Positions 20,605 through 30,783 of a stretch of 64,000 bases of DNA are shown here, one piece after another. Position 1 is the first letter of the stretch; each line of letters opens with the position of its first letter. The notes beneath the pieces were generated by a model. The model saw nothing but the letters and a program-made list of their open reading frames with translations. It was not told where the DNA came from and did not search any database. A program made the position numbers and the translations under genes. Source of the DNA: an uncultured Candidatus Actinomarina sp. (GTDB lineage Bacteria > Actinomycetota > Acidimicrobiia > Actinomarinales > Actinomarinaceae); the NCBI GenBank assembly GCA_902555985.1, contig CACDUI010000001.1:145943-209942 (forward strand), read 5' to 3'.

Positions 20605-20715
20605 GCATAAAGAGAAGGTTAAGACCTCGGCAACCTGGAAGACTATCCAAGGTGCTAGAAGATGTGGCAGAAATGCAACTAAATAGTCAATATCCTTCTC
20701 CAAAGTAAAGGAGAA
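20605..20715 (+). promoter_or_regulatory. Candidate SAM-binding riboswitch (second copy) in the metY-metX leader
   Basis: GCAUAAAGAGAAGGUUAAGACCUCGGCAACCUGGAAGACUAUCCAAGGUGCUAGAAGAUGUGG. The 5' GAGAAGG can pair with the 3' CCUUCUC that lies just before the SD AAGGAG. Confidence 0.6.
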
Positions 20716-20719
20716 AATT

Positions 20720-22000
20720 ATGAAATACGACTCAAAGCTACTACATGCAGGTTGGGATTCAGATGCAGATTCAGAAGGATCGATAACAGTCCCTATTTAC
20801 AAAACAACAGCTTATCAATTCAATAATACTGAGCACGCTGCAAACTTGTTTGGATTAAAAGAATTTGGAAATATATATTCTAGATTAGGAAACCCAACAG
20901 TTGGGGCATTAGAAGCAAGACTCACAGCTTTAGAGGGAGGGGCTATGAGTGTAGCTCTGGCTTCAGGAACTTCGGCTGTTATGTATTCGCTCATAAATAT
21001 CATGAGCCAGGGCGACAACTTTGTTACTGCAAGCCAACTTTATGGTGGAACTTATACAATGTTTGATAATATTTTGCCTGAGTATGGAATCAATGCAAAG
21101 AAAGTTGATATAACCGACTTAAAGGCAGTTGAGGATAGCATTGATGACAAAACAAGGGCTGTTTACTGTGAGACAGTAACGAATCCGGGACTTGTTGTTG
21201 CAGATGTAACAGCGCTTTCAGATATTGCTCACAAGCATGGCATTCCATTAATTGTTGATGCCACTTTTACAACCTCAGCAATTCAGAAATCATTTGAATT
21301 TGGAGCAGATATTGTAGTTTATTCACTAACAAAATGGATGTCAGGTCATGGAAGAGTCATTGCTGGAGCAGTAATAGAAAAAGGTGGTTTTGACTGGGGT
21401 AATGGCAACTTTCCATTGTATGATAAGCCCGACACAAGTTATGGCAATATGCGCTGGGGGCATGACCTTGGAGACTTAGGCAATGTAGCATACTCACTCA
21501 GACTAAGAACCGTACCATTGAGAAATCTTGGTGCAAATATGTCACCAGATACAGCTTTTGAAGTTATGTCTGGGCTAGAAACCCTGAGTCTGAGAATGGA
21601 AAAACATTGTAGCAATGCTAAGAAAGCTGCAGAATTTTTATCTAGTCATAAATCTGTTGAATGGGTGAGATTTCCAGGATTAGAAAGTGATCCATCCTAT
21701 GAATTATCAGAAAAATATTTGAACGGCACAGGAGGAACTATGGTAGTTTTTGGGATAAAAGGTGGTAAGGAAGCAGGACAGAAATTTATTGATAATCTTA
21801 AAATGTTTAGACATGTTGCAAATGTTGGAGACACTCGATCTTTAGCAATACATCCAGCTAGCACAACACACTCTCAACTTGATGAAGATCAATTAATAGC
21901 AGCAGGTTCTCCAGCAGAACTTGTAAGGCTATCTATCGGTATAGAAGATATCGAAGATATTGTTGAAGACTTGTCACAGGCACTTGAAAGCTCAAAGTAA
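20720..22000 (+). CDS. metY: O-acetylhomoserine sulfhydrylase (PLP-dependent aminocarboxypropyltransferase)
   Basis: Cys/Met-metabolism PLP family. The PLP-binding Lys lies in [10 protein letters not shown]. 426 aa. Confidence 0.88.
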   Translation: MKYDSKLLHAGWDSDADSEGSITVPIYKTTAYQFNNTEHAANLFGLKEFGNIYSRLGNPTVGALEARLTALEGGAMSVALASGTSAVMYSLINIMSQGDNFVTASQLYGGTYTMFDNILPEYGINAKKVDITDLKAVEDSIDDKTRAVYCETVTNPGLVVADVTALSDIAHKHGIPLIVDATFTTSAIQKSFEFGADIVVYSLTKWMSGHGRVIAGAVIEKGGFDWGNGNFPLYDKPDTSYGNMRWGHDLGDLGNVAYSLRLRTVPLRNLGANMSPDTAFEVMSGLETLSLRMEKHCSNAKKAAEFLSSHKSVEWVRFPGLESDPSYELSEKYLNGTGGTMVVFGIKGGKEAGQKFIDNLKMFRHVANVGDTRSLAIHPASTTHSQLDEDQLIAAGSPAELVRLSIGIEDIEDIVEDLSQALESSK

Positions 22001-23063
22001 TACGAGCAAGTTTTATATTCCACAGCTAAAACTTGATTCAGGAGAAATACTTGATGACGTAGAGGTTGCATATACAACAAACGGCATTCTTTCAGAGAGT
22101 GGAGACAACGCCATACTTATTTTTCACGCCTTGACTGGAAGTCATATGCTGGCTGGGCAATTTACTAAGAATGACAATCCTGGAATACCATGGAATGAAG
22201 AATTAGAAATTGGTTGGTGGAGTGATTTTGTTGGTGCAAATAAAATTATTGATACCAATAAGTATTTTGTTGTTTGTGCAAACTATATTGGAGGTTGCTA
22301 TGGATCAACTGGCCCTAACTCAAAAAATCCGATTACTGATGAAAGTTATAACTTTGATTTTCCTCCTATATCTTTTAAAGATATAGAGGTATCACAAAAA
22401 CTATTACTGGATCACTTAGGTGTCGTATCATTGGAAGCAGTAATTGGACCTTCAATTGGGGGATTAATGGCACTTGAATTTTGTACTTTATACCCTAATT
22501 ATGTAAACAAATTGATATCTATTTCAAGTGGATATAAGTTATCAACAATACAACTCCTACATAATCTTGAGCAGGCATACATATTAGACTTGAGCAAAGA
22601 TTCCAATGTTCGTAAGAAAGAGTATCTTTCCCTTGCAAGAATGATTGCTCACAAAACTTATATATCTCTAGAGCTTCTATCTAAAAGAGCAAAAAGTGAA
22701 AGCCTATATGATGATGATTTGATTGAAGGATTTTTAAATTCTCCACAAGAATCTTACATGATGCATCAAGGTGAAAAATTTATAGAGAGGTTTACTCCAG
22801 AATCATATAGTTCAATAATAAAAGGTTGGCAGAATTTTAATTTAGAAATGGAGAGTATATCTAAATTAAAAAATATTAACACTTTAGTAATTTCTGTTGA
22901 TTCAGATGTATGTTTTTACCCTGAAGAGCAGAGAGAATTTGTAAGCATTCTAGAAAATTGTAAAGTTCAAACGACATATCGCATGATCGAATCTACTAAA
23001 GGCCACGACTCTTTTTTGCTAGAGCCAGAATTATTTAAAGAAATAATAGAAAATTTCATCTAA
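21960..23063 (+). CDS. metX: Homoserine O-acetyltransferase. The start is uncertain: TTG at 21960, 21963 or 21984, all overlapping the metY 3' end.
   Basis: Alpha/beta hydrolase MetX. LKLDSGEILDDVEVAY...ILIFHALTGSH aligns with mycobacterial MetX (LQLESGAVIDDV...VLHALTG). Nucleophile region GPSIGG, and a C-terminal GHDSFL. Confidence 0.8.
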   Translation: MLKTCHRHLKAQSNTSKFYIPQLKLDSGEILDDVEVAYTTNGILSESGDNAILIFHALTGSHMLAGQFTKNDNPGIPWNEELEIGWWSDFVGANKIIDTNKYFVVCANYIGGCYGSTGPNSKNPITDESYNFDFPPISFKDIEVSQKLLLDHLGVVSLEAVIGPSIGGLMALEFCTLYPNYVNKLISISSGYKLSTIQLLHNLEQAYILDLSKDSNVRKKEYLSLARMIAHKTYISLELLSKRAKSESLYDDDLIEGFLNSPQESYMMHQGEKFIERFTPESYSSIIKGWQNFNLEMESISKLKNINTLVISVDSDVCFYPEEQREFVSILENCKVQTTYRMIESTKGHDSFLLEPELFKEIIENFI

Positions 23064-23171
23064 ACCTCGCGAAAAATACATTAGTAAATATCTTGCATAA
23101 GAACAAAAACTGACGTATATTTATAGAACACTATCGGAAAAGAAATCGCAAGATTGAAAAGAAGATAGGAT

Positions 23172-23218
23172 AAAAAATCCCGGAAGGTCGCAAGATCAAT
23201 CGGGATTTTTGCTTTTTG
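23172..23218 (+). terminator. Putative rho-independent terminator after metX
   Basis: AAAAAATCCCG...CGGGATTTTT stem, followed by GCTTTTTG. Confidence 0.45.
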
Positions 23219-23250
23219 CAGTGATCTTTTTTATAAATTAAAATTTAAAT

Positions 23251-24090
23251 ATGGAAATTTATATTGTTGATGGTACATATGAGTTATTCAGAGCCCATTT
23301 TGGTTATCCAAGTAGAAAAACTAAAGAAGGAAAAGAAGTTGGAGCACTAAAAGGTTACATTAATCACTTACAATCATTGAAAAAAAATTATGAGTATTTA
23401 GGAGTAGCATTTGATTCAAAAGTTGAATCATTTAGAAATGATATCTTTAAAGAATATAAATCAAGCAGAGGTATTGATAAAGATATCTTGGGACAATTTT
23501 CATTAGCTGAAAAAGCTACAGAACTTTTAGGTATTACTCTTTTATCAATGGATCAATATGAAGCTGATGATGCCATTGCTTCTGTATGTAGTGTTTTTAA
23601 AAATAAAAATATAAAAATTATTATCGGATCTTTAGATAAAGATTTAATGCAATGTTTATCAAATGAAAATATTGCTATGTATTCCACAAGGTACAAAACC
23701 TTCACAAAAAAACAAGATGTATATGAAAAATTTGGAGTATACCCAAAACAAATACCTGACTTTCTAGCTTTAGTAGGTGATTCATCTGATGGCATACCAG
23801 GCATGAGAGGCATTGGTGAAAAAACTGCTGCATTATTGCTTCAAAAATACGAAAATATTGAAAATATATATAAGAACTTAAGTGAATGGAAAATAAATTT
23901 TAAAGGAGGGGTAAGGCATTCAAACACAATTTATGAAAATTATGAGTTATTAAAGCTTTTTAAAGATTTAACGACCCTAAGAAGTGACGTTAAGGTTCCT
24001 AGCAGTATAAAAGATTATTCATTATCTGATATCAACATAAGTGATCTGTCTAAATTCTCAGATAAATATCAATTGAATATTAATTTTTAA
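23251..24090 (+). CDS. 5'-3' exonuclease / FEN-like nuclease (stand-alone Pol I N-terminal-like domain)
   Basis: IVDGTYELFRAHFG (PolA 5'-nuclease N-terminus), the acidic cluster EADDAIAS, and an H3TH-like region GDSSDGIPGMRGIGEKTA. Confidence 0.75.
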   Translation: MEIYIVDGTYELFRAHFGYPSRKTKEGKEVGALKGYINHLQSLKKNYEYLGVAFDSKVESFRNDIFKEYKSSRGIDKDILGQFSLAEKATELLGITLLSMDQYEADDAIASVCSVFKNKNIKIIIGSLDKDLMQCLSNENIAMYSTRYKTFTKKQDVYEKFGVYPKQIPDFLALVGDSSDGIPGMRGIGEKTAALLLQKYENIENIYKNLSEWKINFKGGVRHSNTIYENYELLKLFKDLTTLRSDVKVPSSIKDYSLSDINISDLSKFSDKYQLNINF

Positions 24091-24129
24091 AATCTTTATA
24101 TTTTTAAAAACTTTTACTAGTCTCATAAT

Positions 24130-24423
24130 GTGAAAAAGTTTGCATTTCTGCTTGGTTTGTTTTTGATCATGACACCAGCAATAACCGTACTGGCTGATGA
24201 TCACATGGAGGAAGATGAGACCCAACAGGGGACAATGTCTGAGAACTTACCAGTGCCTGCAATAGTAATTGAGGAACCACCAGAGCAGATAGAAGATGTT
24301 GCATGGACTTACAGATTTTTAATTCCTACAACAGTTGCGATAGCTACTCTGGTGATTCTTGGAAATGTCATTCAGTACTTCAGACAGGTAACTCGAAAAA
24401 GATATAAAGTTATAGAAAAGTAA
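24130..24423 (+). CDS. Small secreted or membrane-anchored acidic protein (hypothetical)
   Basis: Signal peptide MKKFAFLLGLFLIMTPAITVLA, an acidic segment, a C-terminal TM helix and a basic tail. Confidence 0.4.
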   Translation: MKKFAFLLGLFLIMTPAITVLADDHMEEDETQQGTMSENLPVPAIVIEEPPEQIEDVAWTYRFLIPTTVAIATLVILGNVIQYFRQVTRKRYKVIEK

Positions 24424-24439
24424 AGTAAGTCTTTTTGTA

Positions 24440-25705
24440 ATGACTGAAATTAGAGATAAAATTACCAATTTAATACAACCATCTAAAAACTATGTTGTTG
24501 CATTGAGCGGAGGTGTTGATAGTTCAGTATTACTTCATGTAGTAAAAACTCTCACCCCTAATGTCAGGAGCTTATTCGTTAACCATAATCAGCAAGATTC
24601 CAATTCATTGCAAAAGTCAGCGGAGAAGTTCGCAGGAATTATGAATGTTGAACATACAAGTCTAGAAACAGAACTAGAGCTTGGTGCTTCAGAAACTAAA
24701 ATGCGGGAAGCTAGATATCAATTATTGTTCAGTAATTTAATGTCTGATGAGGTACTCCTACTTGGGCACCATCATGATGATAAGATAGAAACATTTTTGA
24801 TGAATCTGTTTAGAGGAACAAGGTTAAAAGGACTTCTTTCAATTAAACAAAAATCTCAAAATATATTGAGGCCTTTTACGGAGATTAAAAAGACATCAAT
24901 TATTGAGTATGCAAAACAAAATGATATTAAGTTTGTTGAAGACTCAAGTAATAAAGATAATTCAGTTTTGAGAAACTGGCTAAGAAATGAACTAATTCCT
25001 GACATTGAAAAAAATTTTAAGGGTGATTTAAATAGTAAAATTCAAAACTTAATTTTAGAAATAGAAGAGTTGACCAGCAATCAAAAAAAATTAACCCCTT
25101 ATATAAAACATGCAAATGGTTATCTTGAAATTCCTATTTCTCTTATAAATAAGAATGATTCTAGGACATATTATTTAGCTTCTGTTGTTTCACATCTTAT
25201 TGGTCAAGAGGGCTTACAAACCTCTGATTTGGAGAAAATATTTTTATCCAAAGAAAGCAGTGGTAGGAGTAGCTTTTTTCAAAATTGGAGTGTTTCTAGG
25301 CAAAGTGGTCTGCTTATATTCATAAATAAAAATATGTGGAATACATCTGATCAATTGCTAGCAACACGAGGTTATTTTAACTTTACAACAGAGAAATCAA
25401 CAAACTTATTAAGTAATTGGTCCTATTCTTTACCAAACTATTTACGAAAGGAAATTTATATTTCAGAAATAAGTAATGGTGATTTATTTAAAACAGAAAA
25501 AAACACGCAGAAGGTATCAGAAATATTTCGCTCATACGGTATCAACAAATCACTGAGAGAAGTATGGCCAGTTCTTAAATTGAAAGACACTATCTTGTGG
25601 ATACCAGGTATAAGAAAATCTAGTGAAGGAAAATGGTTGGAAACACAAAAAGATAAATTTATAATAAGTGCTTCTGTAGAAAAGGATAAAATTGAAAATT
25701 TCTAA
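24440..25705 (+). CDS. tilS: tRNA(Ile)-lysidine synthetase
   Basis: PP-loop VALSGGVDSSVLLH. It lies upstream of hpt, as in actinobacteria. Confidence 0.85.
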   Translation: MTEIRDKITNLIQPSKNYVVALSGGVDSSVLLHVVKTLTPNVRSLFVNHNQQDSNSLQKSAEKFAGIMNVEHTSLETELELGASETKMREARYQLLFSNLMSDEVLLLGHHHDDKIETFLMNLFRGTRLKGLLSIKQKSQNILRPFTEIKKTSIIEYAKQNDIKFVEDSSNKDNSVLRNWLRNELIPDIEKNFKGDLNSKIQNLILEIEELTSNQKKLTPYIKHANGYLEIPISLINKNDSRTYYLASVVSHLIGQEGLQTSDLEKIFLSKESSGRSSFFQNWSVSRQSGLLIFINKNMWNTSDQLLATRGYFNFTTEKSTNLLSNWSYSLPNYLRKEIYISEISNGDLFKTEKNTQKVSEIFRSYGINKSLREVWPVLKLKDTILWIPGIRKSSEGKWLETQKDKFIISASVEKDKIENF

Positions 25706-26204
25706 AACTTTAATAACGGAAGAAGAGATTGAGAATAAAATCTCAGAAATTGCTGATGAAATTAATGCAAAGTATAAAGGCGAAGAACTTGTTGTTATAG
25801 GAATATTAAAAGGAGCTTTTATTGTTATAAGTGATCTTGCAAAACAGCTTCAGATTGATGTTGCTTTTGATTTTATGAGTATCAAGTCTTATTATGGCTC
25901 CGAATCAAGTGGACAGGTAAAAATAGTAAAAGACCTAGAGTATGATATTTCAAATAAAAATGTTCTTATCGTTGAAGATATTTATGATACAGGGCTTACT
26001 CTTTCAAACCTAAAAAAACTACTTGAATCAAGGAATCCGAAAAGTGTTGAGATTTTTTGCATGTTTGTTAAAAAAGGAGTTTCTCAAGACCCAATGGATA
26101 TTAATTACAGAGGGTTTGAAATTGGTCCTGAATTTGTTGTTGGATACGGTCTTGATTACAACGGTAAATATAGAGAATTACCATATTTAGCAGTCCTCTC
26201 TTAG
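25692..26204 (+). CDS. hpt: Hypoxanthine-guanine phosphoribosyltransferase
   Basis: PRPP-binding VLIVEDIYDTGLT, 170 aa. Confidence 0.88.
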   Translation: MKISKTLITEEEIENKISEIADEINAKYKGEELVVIGILKGAFIVISDLAKQLQIDVAFDFMSIKSYYGSESSGQVKIVKDLEYDISNKNVLIVEDIYDTGLTLSNLKKLLESRNPKSVEIFCMFVKKGVSQDPMDINYRGFEIGPEFVVGYGLDYNGKYRELPYLAVLS

Positions 26205-26247
26205 ATCTCGGTATTGCTTTTAAACCTAAAAGTATTAAATTGATAAG

Positions 26248-28113
26248 ATGGATAAGAAAAAAGATCAAACTAAAAAAAACAACAATAAGTCTTTTTTTAT
26301 GTACTTTGCTTTAGGGCTTTTAATTTTTTTAGGTGTTCAACAATATAACTCAACAGTTAATGCCCCAGAAAGTAAATCATTCACAATTTTTAAAAAAGAA
26401 ATTTCCTCAGGTGCAGTTACCGAAGCAACAATTAAAGAGCAATCAAATATGGTTGAGTTCAAAATAGTTAATGATGAAAATGTTTATCAAACAGAGTATC
26501 CAGAAGGGTTTGAAGGTGAGGTTTTTCAGCTTTTAGTAGATCAAGATATAATCTTAAATACTGATACTGAACCAGCAGGTTTTCAAGATTATCTTTTTGC
26601 ATTTTTACCGTGGCTCTTCTTAGCTGCGTTTATGTTTTACATGTTTTCTCAAGTTAGGTCAAATGGCAATCAAATAATGCAATTTGGTAAGTCTAAAGCA
26701 AAGGAATTAGATGAGGAATCACCAAAAGTTACTTTTCAAGATGTTGCGGGTGTTGAGGAAGCTAAAGAAGAGCTTGAAGAAATAAAAGAGTTTTTAAAAT
26801 CACCGGAAAAATTTAACAAGCTTGGAGCAAAAATTCCAAAAGGAGTTTTACTTGTTGGGCCTCCTGGTACAGGGAAGACACTACTTGCTAAAGCTGTAGC
26901 GGGTGAAGCAGGTGTACCTTTTTTTAGTATTTCGGGTTCGGACTTTGTTGAAATGTTTGTTGGTGTTGGTGCTAGTAGAGTAAGAGACCTTTTTAAGAAA
27001 GCGAAAGAGTCCTCTCCAGCAATTATCTTCATCGACGAAATTGATGCTGTCGGTAGAATGCGTGGTGCTGGACTTGGCGGTGGCCATGATGAGAGAGAGC
27101 AAACTTTAAATCAACTTTTAGTTGAGATGGATGGATTTGAAGCCAACCAAGGTGTAATACTTATGGCTGCTACAAACCGACCAGATGTTTTAGACCCAGC
27201 TTTGTTAAGACCTGGAAGATTTGATCGACAAGTAATAGTCGGTAGGCCTGACTTAGCTGGCAGAACACAAATTCTAAAAGTTCACTCCAAAGACAAGCCT
27301 TTAGCTAAAAATGTAAATTTTGAAGTACTTGCTAAGCAAACTCCAGGATTTACAGGTGCTGATCTGGCAAATTTATTGAACGAAGCAGCACTTTTGGCTG
27401 CAAGAAAAAATAAAAAAACTATTGGCAGTGTTGATATTGAAAATTCAATTGACAGAGTTATGGCTGGTCCTGAAAAGAAAAGCCAGGTTATGACTGAAGA
27501 GGAAAAGTTAATTATTGCTTATCACGAAACGGGTCACGCTTTGGTTGGTTGGGCGCTTCCTAATGCAGATCCAATTCATAAAGTAACAATTATTCCACGA
27601 GGAAGAGCTCTTGGTTATACAATGGCACTTCCAGACAGCGAAAAATACCTTTCTTCAAAAGCAGAACTAAAAGACAGGTTGGCAATGTTGATGGGTGGAA
27701 GAGTGGCTGAAGAATTAATTTTTGCAGATCCTACAACTGGTGCATCAAATGATATTGAAAAAGCAACTGATATAGCCAGAAGAATGGTGATGGAATTTGG
27801 TATGAGTGAAAAGCTTGGACCAATGCTATATGGAAAAGGCTCAAATGAGGTATTTCTTGGTAGAGATTATGGTAGACAACAAGATTATTCTGATGAAGTA
27901 GCTTCATCAATAGATGATGAGGTTAGAAATCTACTTAATGACGCACATATTATTGCTGGAAAAATATTGAAAAAGTTTAAAAAACAAATGGACGCAATGG
28001 TGAAATTGTTAATAGAAAAAGAAACAATTAATAAAGATGAGGTAGCAGAAGTATTTAAGTCTATAAAAAAAGTTAAAATTCAGGGTACTGGGAAAAATTT
28101 AAGGCTTGCTTAA
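26248..28113 (+). CDS. ftsH: ATP-dependent zinc metalloprotease FtsH
   Basis: Walker A GPPGTGKT, an SRH region and the zinc-binding HETGHA. Confidence 0.93.
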   Translation: MDKKKDQTKKNNNKSFFMYFALGLLIFLGVQQYNSTVNAPESKSFTIFKKEISSGAVTEATIKEQSNMVEFKIVNDENVYQTEYPEGFEGEVFQLLVDQDIILNTDTEPAGFQDYLFAFLPWLFLAAFMFYMFSQVRSNGNQIMQFGKSKAKELDEESPKVTFQDVAGVEEAKEELEEIKEFLKSPEKFNKLGAKIPKGVLLVGPPGTGKTLLAKAVAGEAGVPFFSISGSDFVEMFVGVGASRVRDLFKKAKESSPAIIFIDEIDAVGRMRGAGLGGGHDEREQTLNQLLVEMDGFEANQGVILMAATNRPDVLDPALLRPGRFDRQVIVGRPDLAGRTQILKVHSKDKPLAKNVNFEVLAKQTPGFTGADLANLLNEAALLAARKNKKTIGSVDIENSIDRVMAGPEKKSQVMTEEEKLIIAYHETGHALVGWALPNADPIHKVTIIPRGRALGYTMALPDSEKYLSSKAELKDRLAMLMGGRVAEELIFADPTTGASNDIEKATDIARRMVMEFGMSEKLGPMLYGKGSNEVFLGRDYGRQQDYSDEVASSIDDEVRNLLNDAHIIAGKILKKFKKQMDAMVKLLIEKETINKDEVAEVFKSIKKVKIQGTGKNLRLA

Positions 28114-28673
28114 TGGGCAAAATACAAACAAATTTAAGTAAAGCAGAAGAAGCGTTATTTATTTTACTTAAAGACATTACCGATAAAAGTGATGAAGAGA
28201 TAGACAAATTAACATTTAAGTTTTTGGATCAGATTCAAAAAAAACTATCTAAAAATAGTGAAAGTGAATTAAATTTTGAAACTCTTGATAAAGCCGTTTA
28301 TAACCAACCAATTTATATAAATGGAATTTCTTACATTAGCTTGTGTGAACACCACATGTTGCCTTTTCACGGATCTGTAAACATTGCAGTTTTTCCAAAA
28401 AAAAATATATTAGGTATATCCAAATTTAGCGATATCGTAAGTCACTTATCAAACAACTTGACTTTGCAGGAGAAACTAACAGAAAAAATTGCTACATTTA
28501 TTTATGAAATTCTGGATGCTGATGGAGTATTTGTAAAAATGTCTGGAAAGCACCTTTGTTCTGATTTATTAAATGCCAAAAATTCGTCTGAGGAAGTTAT
28601 AACAACTTTTTCTACAGGTGTTTATGAATTAGATTTCTCATTACGAAATGAAGCAATTTTGAATTTTTCTTAA
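28113..28673 (+). CDS. folE: GTP cyclohydrolase I
   Basis: CEHHMLPFHG motif. ATG overlaps the ftsH TAA (TAATG). Confidence 0.88.
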   Translation: MGKIQTNLSKAEEALFILLKDITDKSDEEIDKLTFKFLDQIQKKLSKNSESELNFETLDKAVYNQPIYINGISYISLCEHHMLPFHGSVNIAVFPKKNILGISKFSDIVSHLSNNLTLQEKLTEKIATFIYEILDADGVFVKMSGKHLCSDLLNAKNSSEEVITTFSTGVYELDFSLRNEAILNFS

Positions 28674-28675
28674 AA

Positions 28676-29419
28676 TTGTCGGACTGGAATAATCTTTTAA
28701 ATTCAATCAATAAAAAAGTTATTGGAATAATTAATTCAAATGATGATTCATTTTCTGGTGATGGTATTTATAAAAATAAAGATAAATTAACTCAACTACT
28801 TTCTATTGCAGCGAATAATGGAATAAAAATTATTGATGTTGGGTGTGTTTCTACAAAACCAGGCTTTAAAGATGTTAATTATGAAGAAGAATTTACAAGA
28901 TTAAATTTCTTTTTAGATAATTATGATGGAGCTTTTAGATTGTCAATTGATACAATGAACAAAGATATTGCAAAATATGCTCTAGATAATAATTTTGAGA
29001 TCTTAAATGATGTTAGTGGCTTTAAAGATCCAGGAATGATTGAATTAGCTGTCGAGAAAAGTTCTAAAATCATACTTGTTCACACCCATCCAGACGCATC
29101 TCATATTCAGGAAAAGATGGAATTTAAAGATGTAGTTCAGGAAGTAAAAGCTCAATTAGAAATAAAAATTAATTATCTAATTTCCAAAGGCATTAAAGAA
29201 TCTCAAATTTCAATTGATCCCGGATTGGGGTTTGGTAAAACAATGAGAGACTCTGAAATATTGTTTAAAAATCTTGATGTTTTTTGCTTCGGCTTCCCCT
29301 TGGTTGTTGGTTATTCAAAGAAAAAATTCACAGAAATTCTAAATATGACAAATTACCAGTTATACACGCACTGTATTGACTCAGGTGCTGCATTGGTTAG
29401 GTTACACATAGCTTCTTAG
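28676..29419 (+). CDS. folP: Dihydropteroate synthase
   Basis: Pterin-binding TIM-barrel protein. DVGCVSTKPG and a GLGFGK loop. Confidence 0.85.
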   Translation: MSDWNNLLNSINKKVIGIINSNDDSFSGDGIYKNKDKLTQLLSIAANNGIKIIDVGCVSTKPGFKDVNYEEEFTRLNFFLDNYDGAFRLSIDTMNKDIAKYALDNNFEILNDVSGFKDPGMIELAVEKSSKIILVHTHPDASHIQEKMEFKDVVQEVKAQLEIKINYLISKGIKESQISIDPGLGFGKTMRDSEILFKNLDVFCFGFPLVVGYSKKKFTEILNMTNYQLYTHCIDSGAALVRLHIAS

Positions 29420-29456
29420 TTTTAAATTTAAGCTATGATTATCAACGGAGGATAGA

Positions 29457-29927
29457 ATGGCTGGTTTAAAACCTAATGACTTTCACTGGATAATTGAAGG
29501 AAAATTAGCCGTTTCAGAGTGTATTGGCGGCGGAGGACTTACTCCTCGCAAAATTAGAAGAGAAGAAGAAATTCAATGGCTTAAAGGACAGGGTATAAAT
29601 GCAATCTTTTCTTTACTTGATTCAGATTTCAATCTAAAGAACTACCAAGAAGTTGGGTTTAGAACCTATCACTATCCTTTAAGTGATGACATTCCAACAG
29701 AATCTCTTAATGTGATTTTTGATGCAATAAAAGAAGCCTTAGCAGATAAAGATCGAAAGCTTTTAATACATCGTGAACTATTAGACGAGCAAGTTCCAGG
29801 AATACTTGCTGGCTATTTAATCTATTCAAAGCTACTAGATGATCCGATACTGGCAAGAACAATACTGGAGAAAATACTTGAAAAGCCACTATCACCAAGT
29901 GCTATTTCTTTAATTCCATCTGTCTAA
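29457..29927 (+). CDS. Hypothetical protein with dual-specificity-phosphatase-like topology but no catalytic Cys/Arg P-loop
   Basis: 156 aa. WIIEGKLAVS...GINAIFSLL...YHYPLSDDIP...KLLIHRELLDEQVPGILAGYLIY follows the DSP fold pattern, with HR-E in place of HCxxGxxR. It sits between folP and folB. Confidence 0.4.
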   Translation: MAGLKPNDFHWIIEGKLAVSECIGGGGLTPRKIRREEEIQWLKGQGINAIFSLLDSDFNLKNYQEVGFRTYHYPLSDDIPTESLNVIFDAIKEALADKDRKLLIHRELLDEQVPGILAGYLIYSKLLDDPILARTILEKILEKPLSPSAISLIPSV

Positions 29928-29930
29928 ATA

Positions 29931-30299
29931 ATGTCTTTTGACATATATCTTTCGAAAATAGAATGTTTTGGAAAACATGGTATTTATGATAATGAAAAGA
30001 ATAATGATCAGAAATTTCTTGTAGATATATATATCAAAATACACGATTTCACAGAAGATGATATTGTTAACACTATTAACTATGAAGAAGTTGTTGATTT
30101 AGTTATAAAAATTGTTGAACATGAAAGTTTTGATTTAATTGAGTCATTATCAAAAAATATTGTTAAACAAATTTTTACTCAGTATCAAAAAAGCAATGTA
30201 ATTATTCATGAGATTCGAGCTACCGTACATAAGCCAAATACAATTTTAAAAAGCAAGACAGAAGACATATCAGTTTCATACTTTGAAAAATTTAAATAG
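29931..30299 (+). CDS. folB: Dihydroneopterin aldolase
   Basis: 122 aa FolB-sized protein located between folP and folK. EIRATVHKP at the C-terminal lysine region. Confidence 0.78.
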   Translation: MSFDIYLSKIECFGKHGIYDNEKNNDQKFLVDIYIKIHDFTEDDIVNTINYEEVVDLVIKIVEHESFDLIESLSKNIVKQIFTQYQKSNVIIHEIRATVHKPNTILKSKTEDISVSYFEKFK

Positions 30300-30756
30300 T
30301 ATTTTTCTTTCATTAGGAACAAATGTTGGTGATAAAAATAAAAATTTGTTAGAAGGCTTAACTTTTCTTAAAGAGTTTGTAAATATATTGAGTATTTCTT
30401 CTGTTTATAAAACTGAACCACTTCTTTACGAAGATCAAGAAGATTTTTTAAATATTGTTACTGAGATTGATTACCAAGGAACAGCAAAGTCTCTACTTCT
30501 AATTATTAAAGATATAGAAATACAAATGGGACGAAAAAAAACTTTTAGATACGGACCAAGAATAATTGACATCGATATCATCTTTTTCAAAGGAGAGGAA
30601 ATAAATGAAGAGGATTTAATAATTCCTCATTATGATTGGCACAATCGACTTTTTGTAATACAGCCTTTATATGAATTATTAAATAAACCGCTAAATAAAT
30701 CTAACCATAAAATTCATGAACAAAAAATAATTAAGATTGGTAAAATAGAACTCTAA
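30283..30756 (+). CDS. folK: 2-amino-4-hydroxy-6-hydroxymethyldihydropteridine pyrophosphokinase
   Basis: HPPK motifs: IFLSLGTNVG and GPRIIDIDIIFF. Confidence 0.85.
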   Translation: MKNLNSIFLSLGTNVGDKNKNLLEGLTFLKEFVNILSISSVYKTEPLLYEDQEDFLNIVTEIDYQGTAKSLLLIIKDIEIQMGRKKTFRYGPRIIDIDIIFFKGEEINEEDLIIPHYDWHNRLFVIQPLYELLNKPLNKSNHKIHEQKIIKIGKIEL

Positions 30757-30783
30757 GTACGGGCACCAATTTAGGGCACGATA

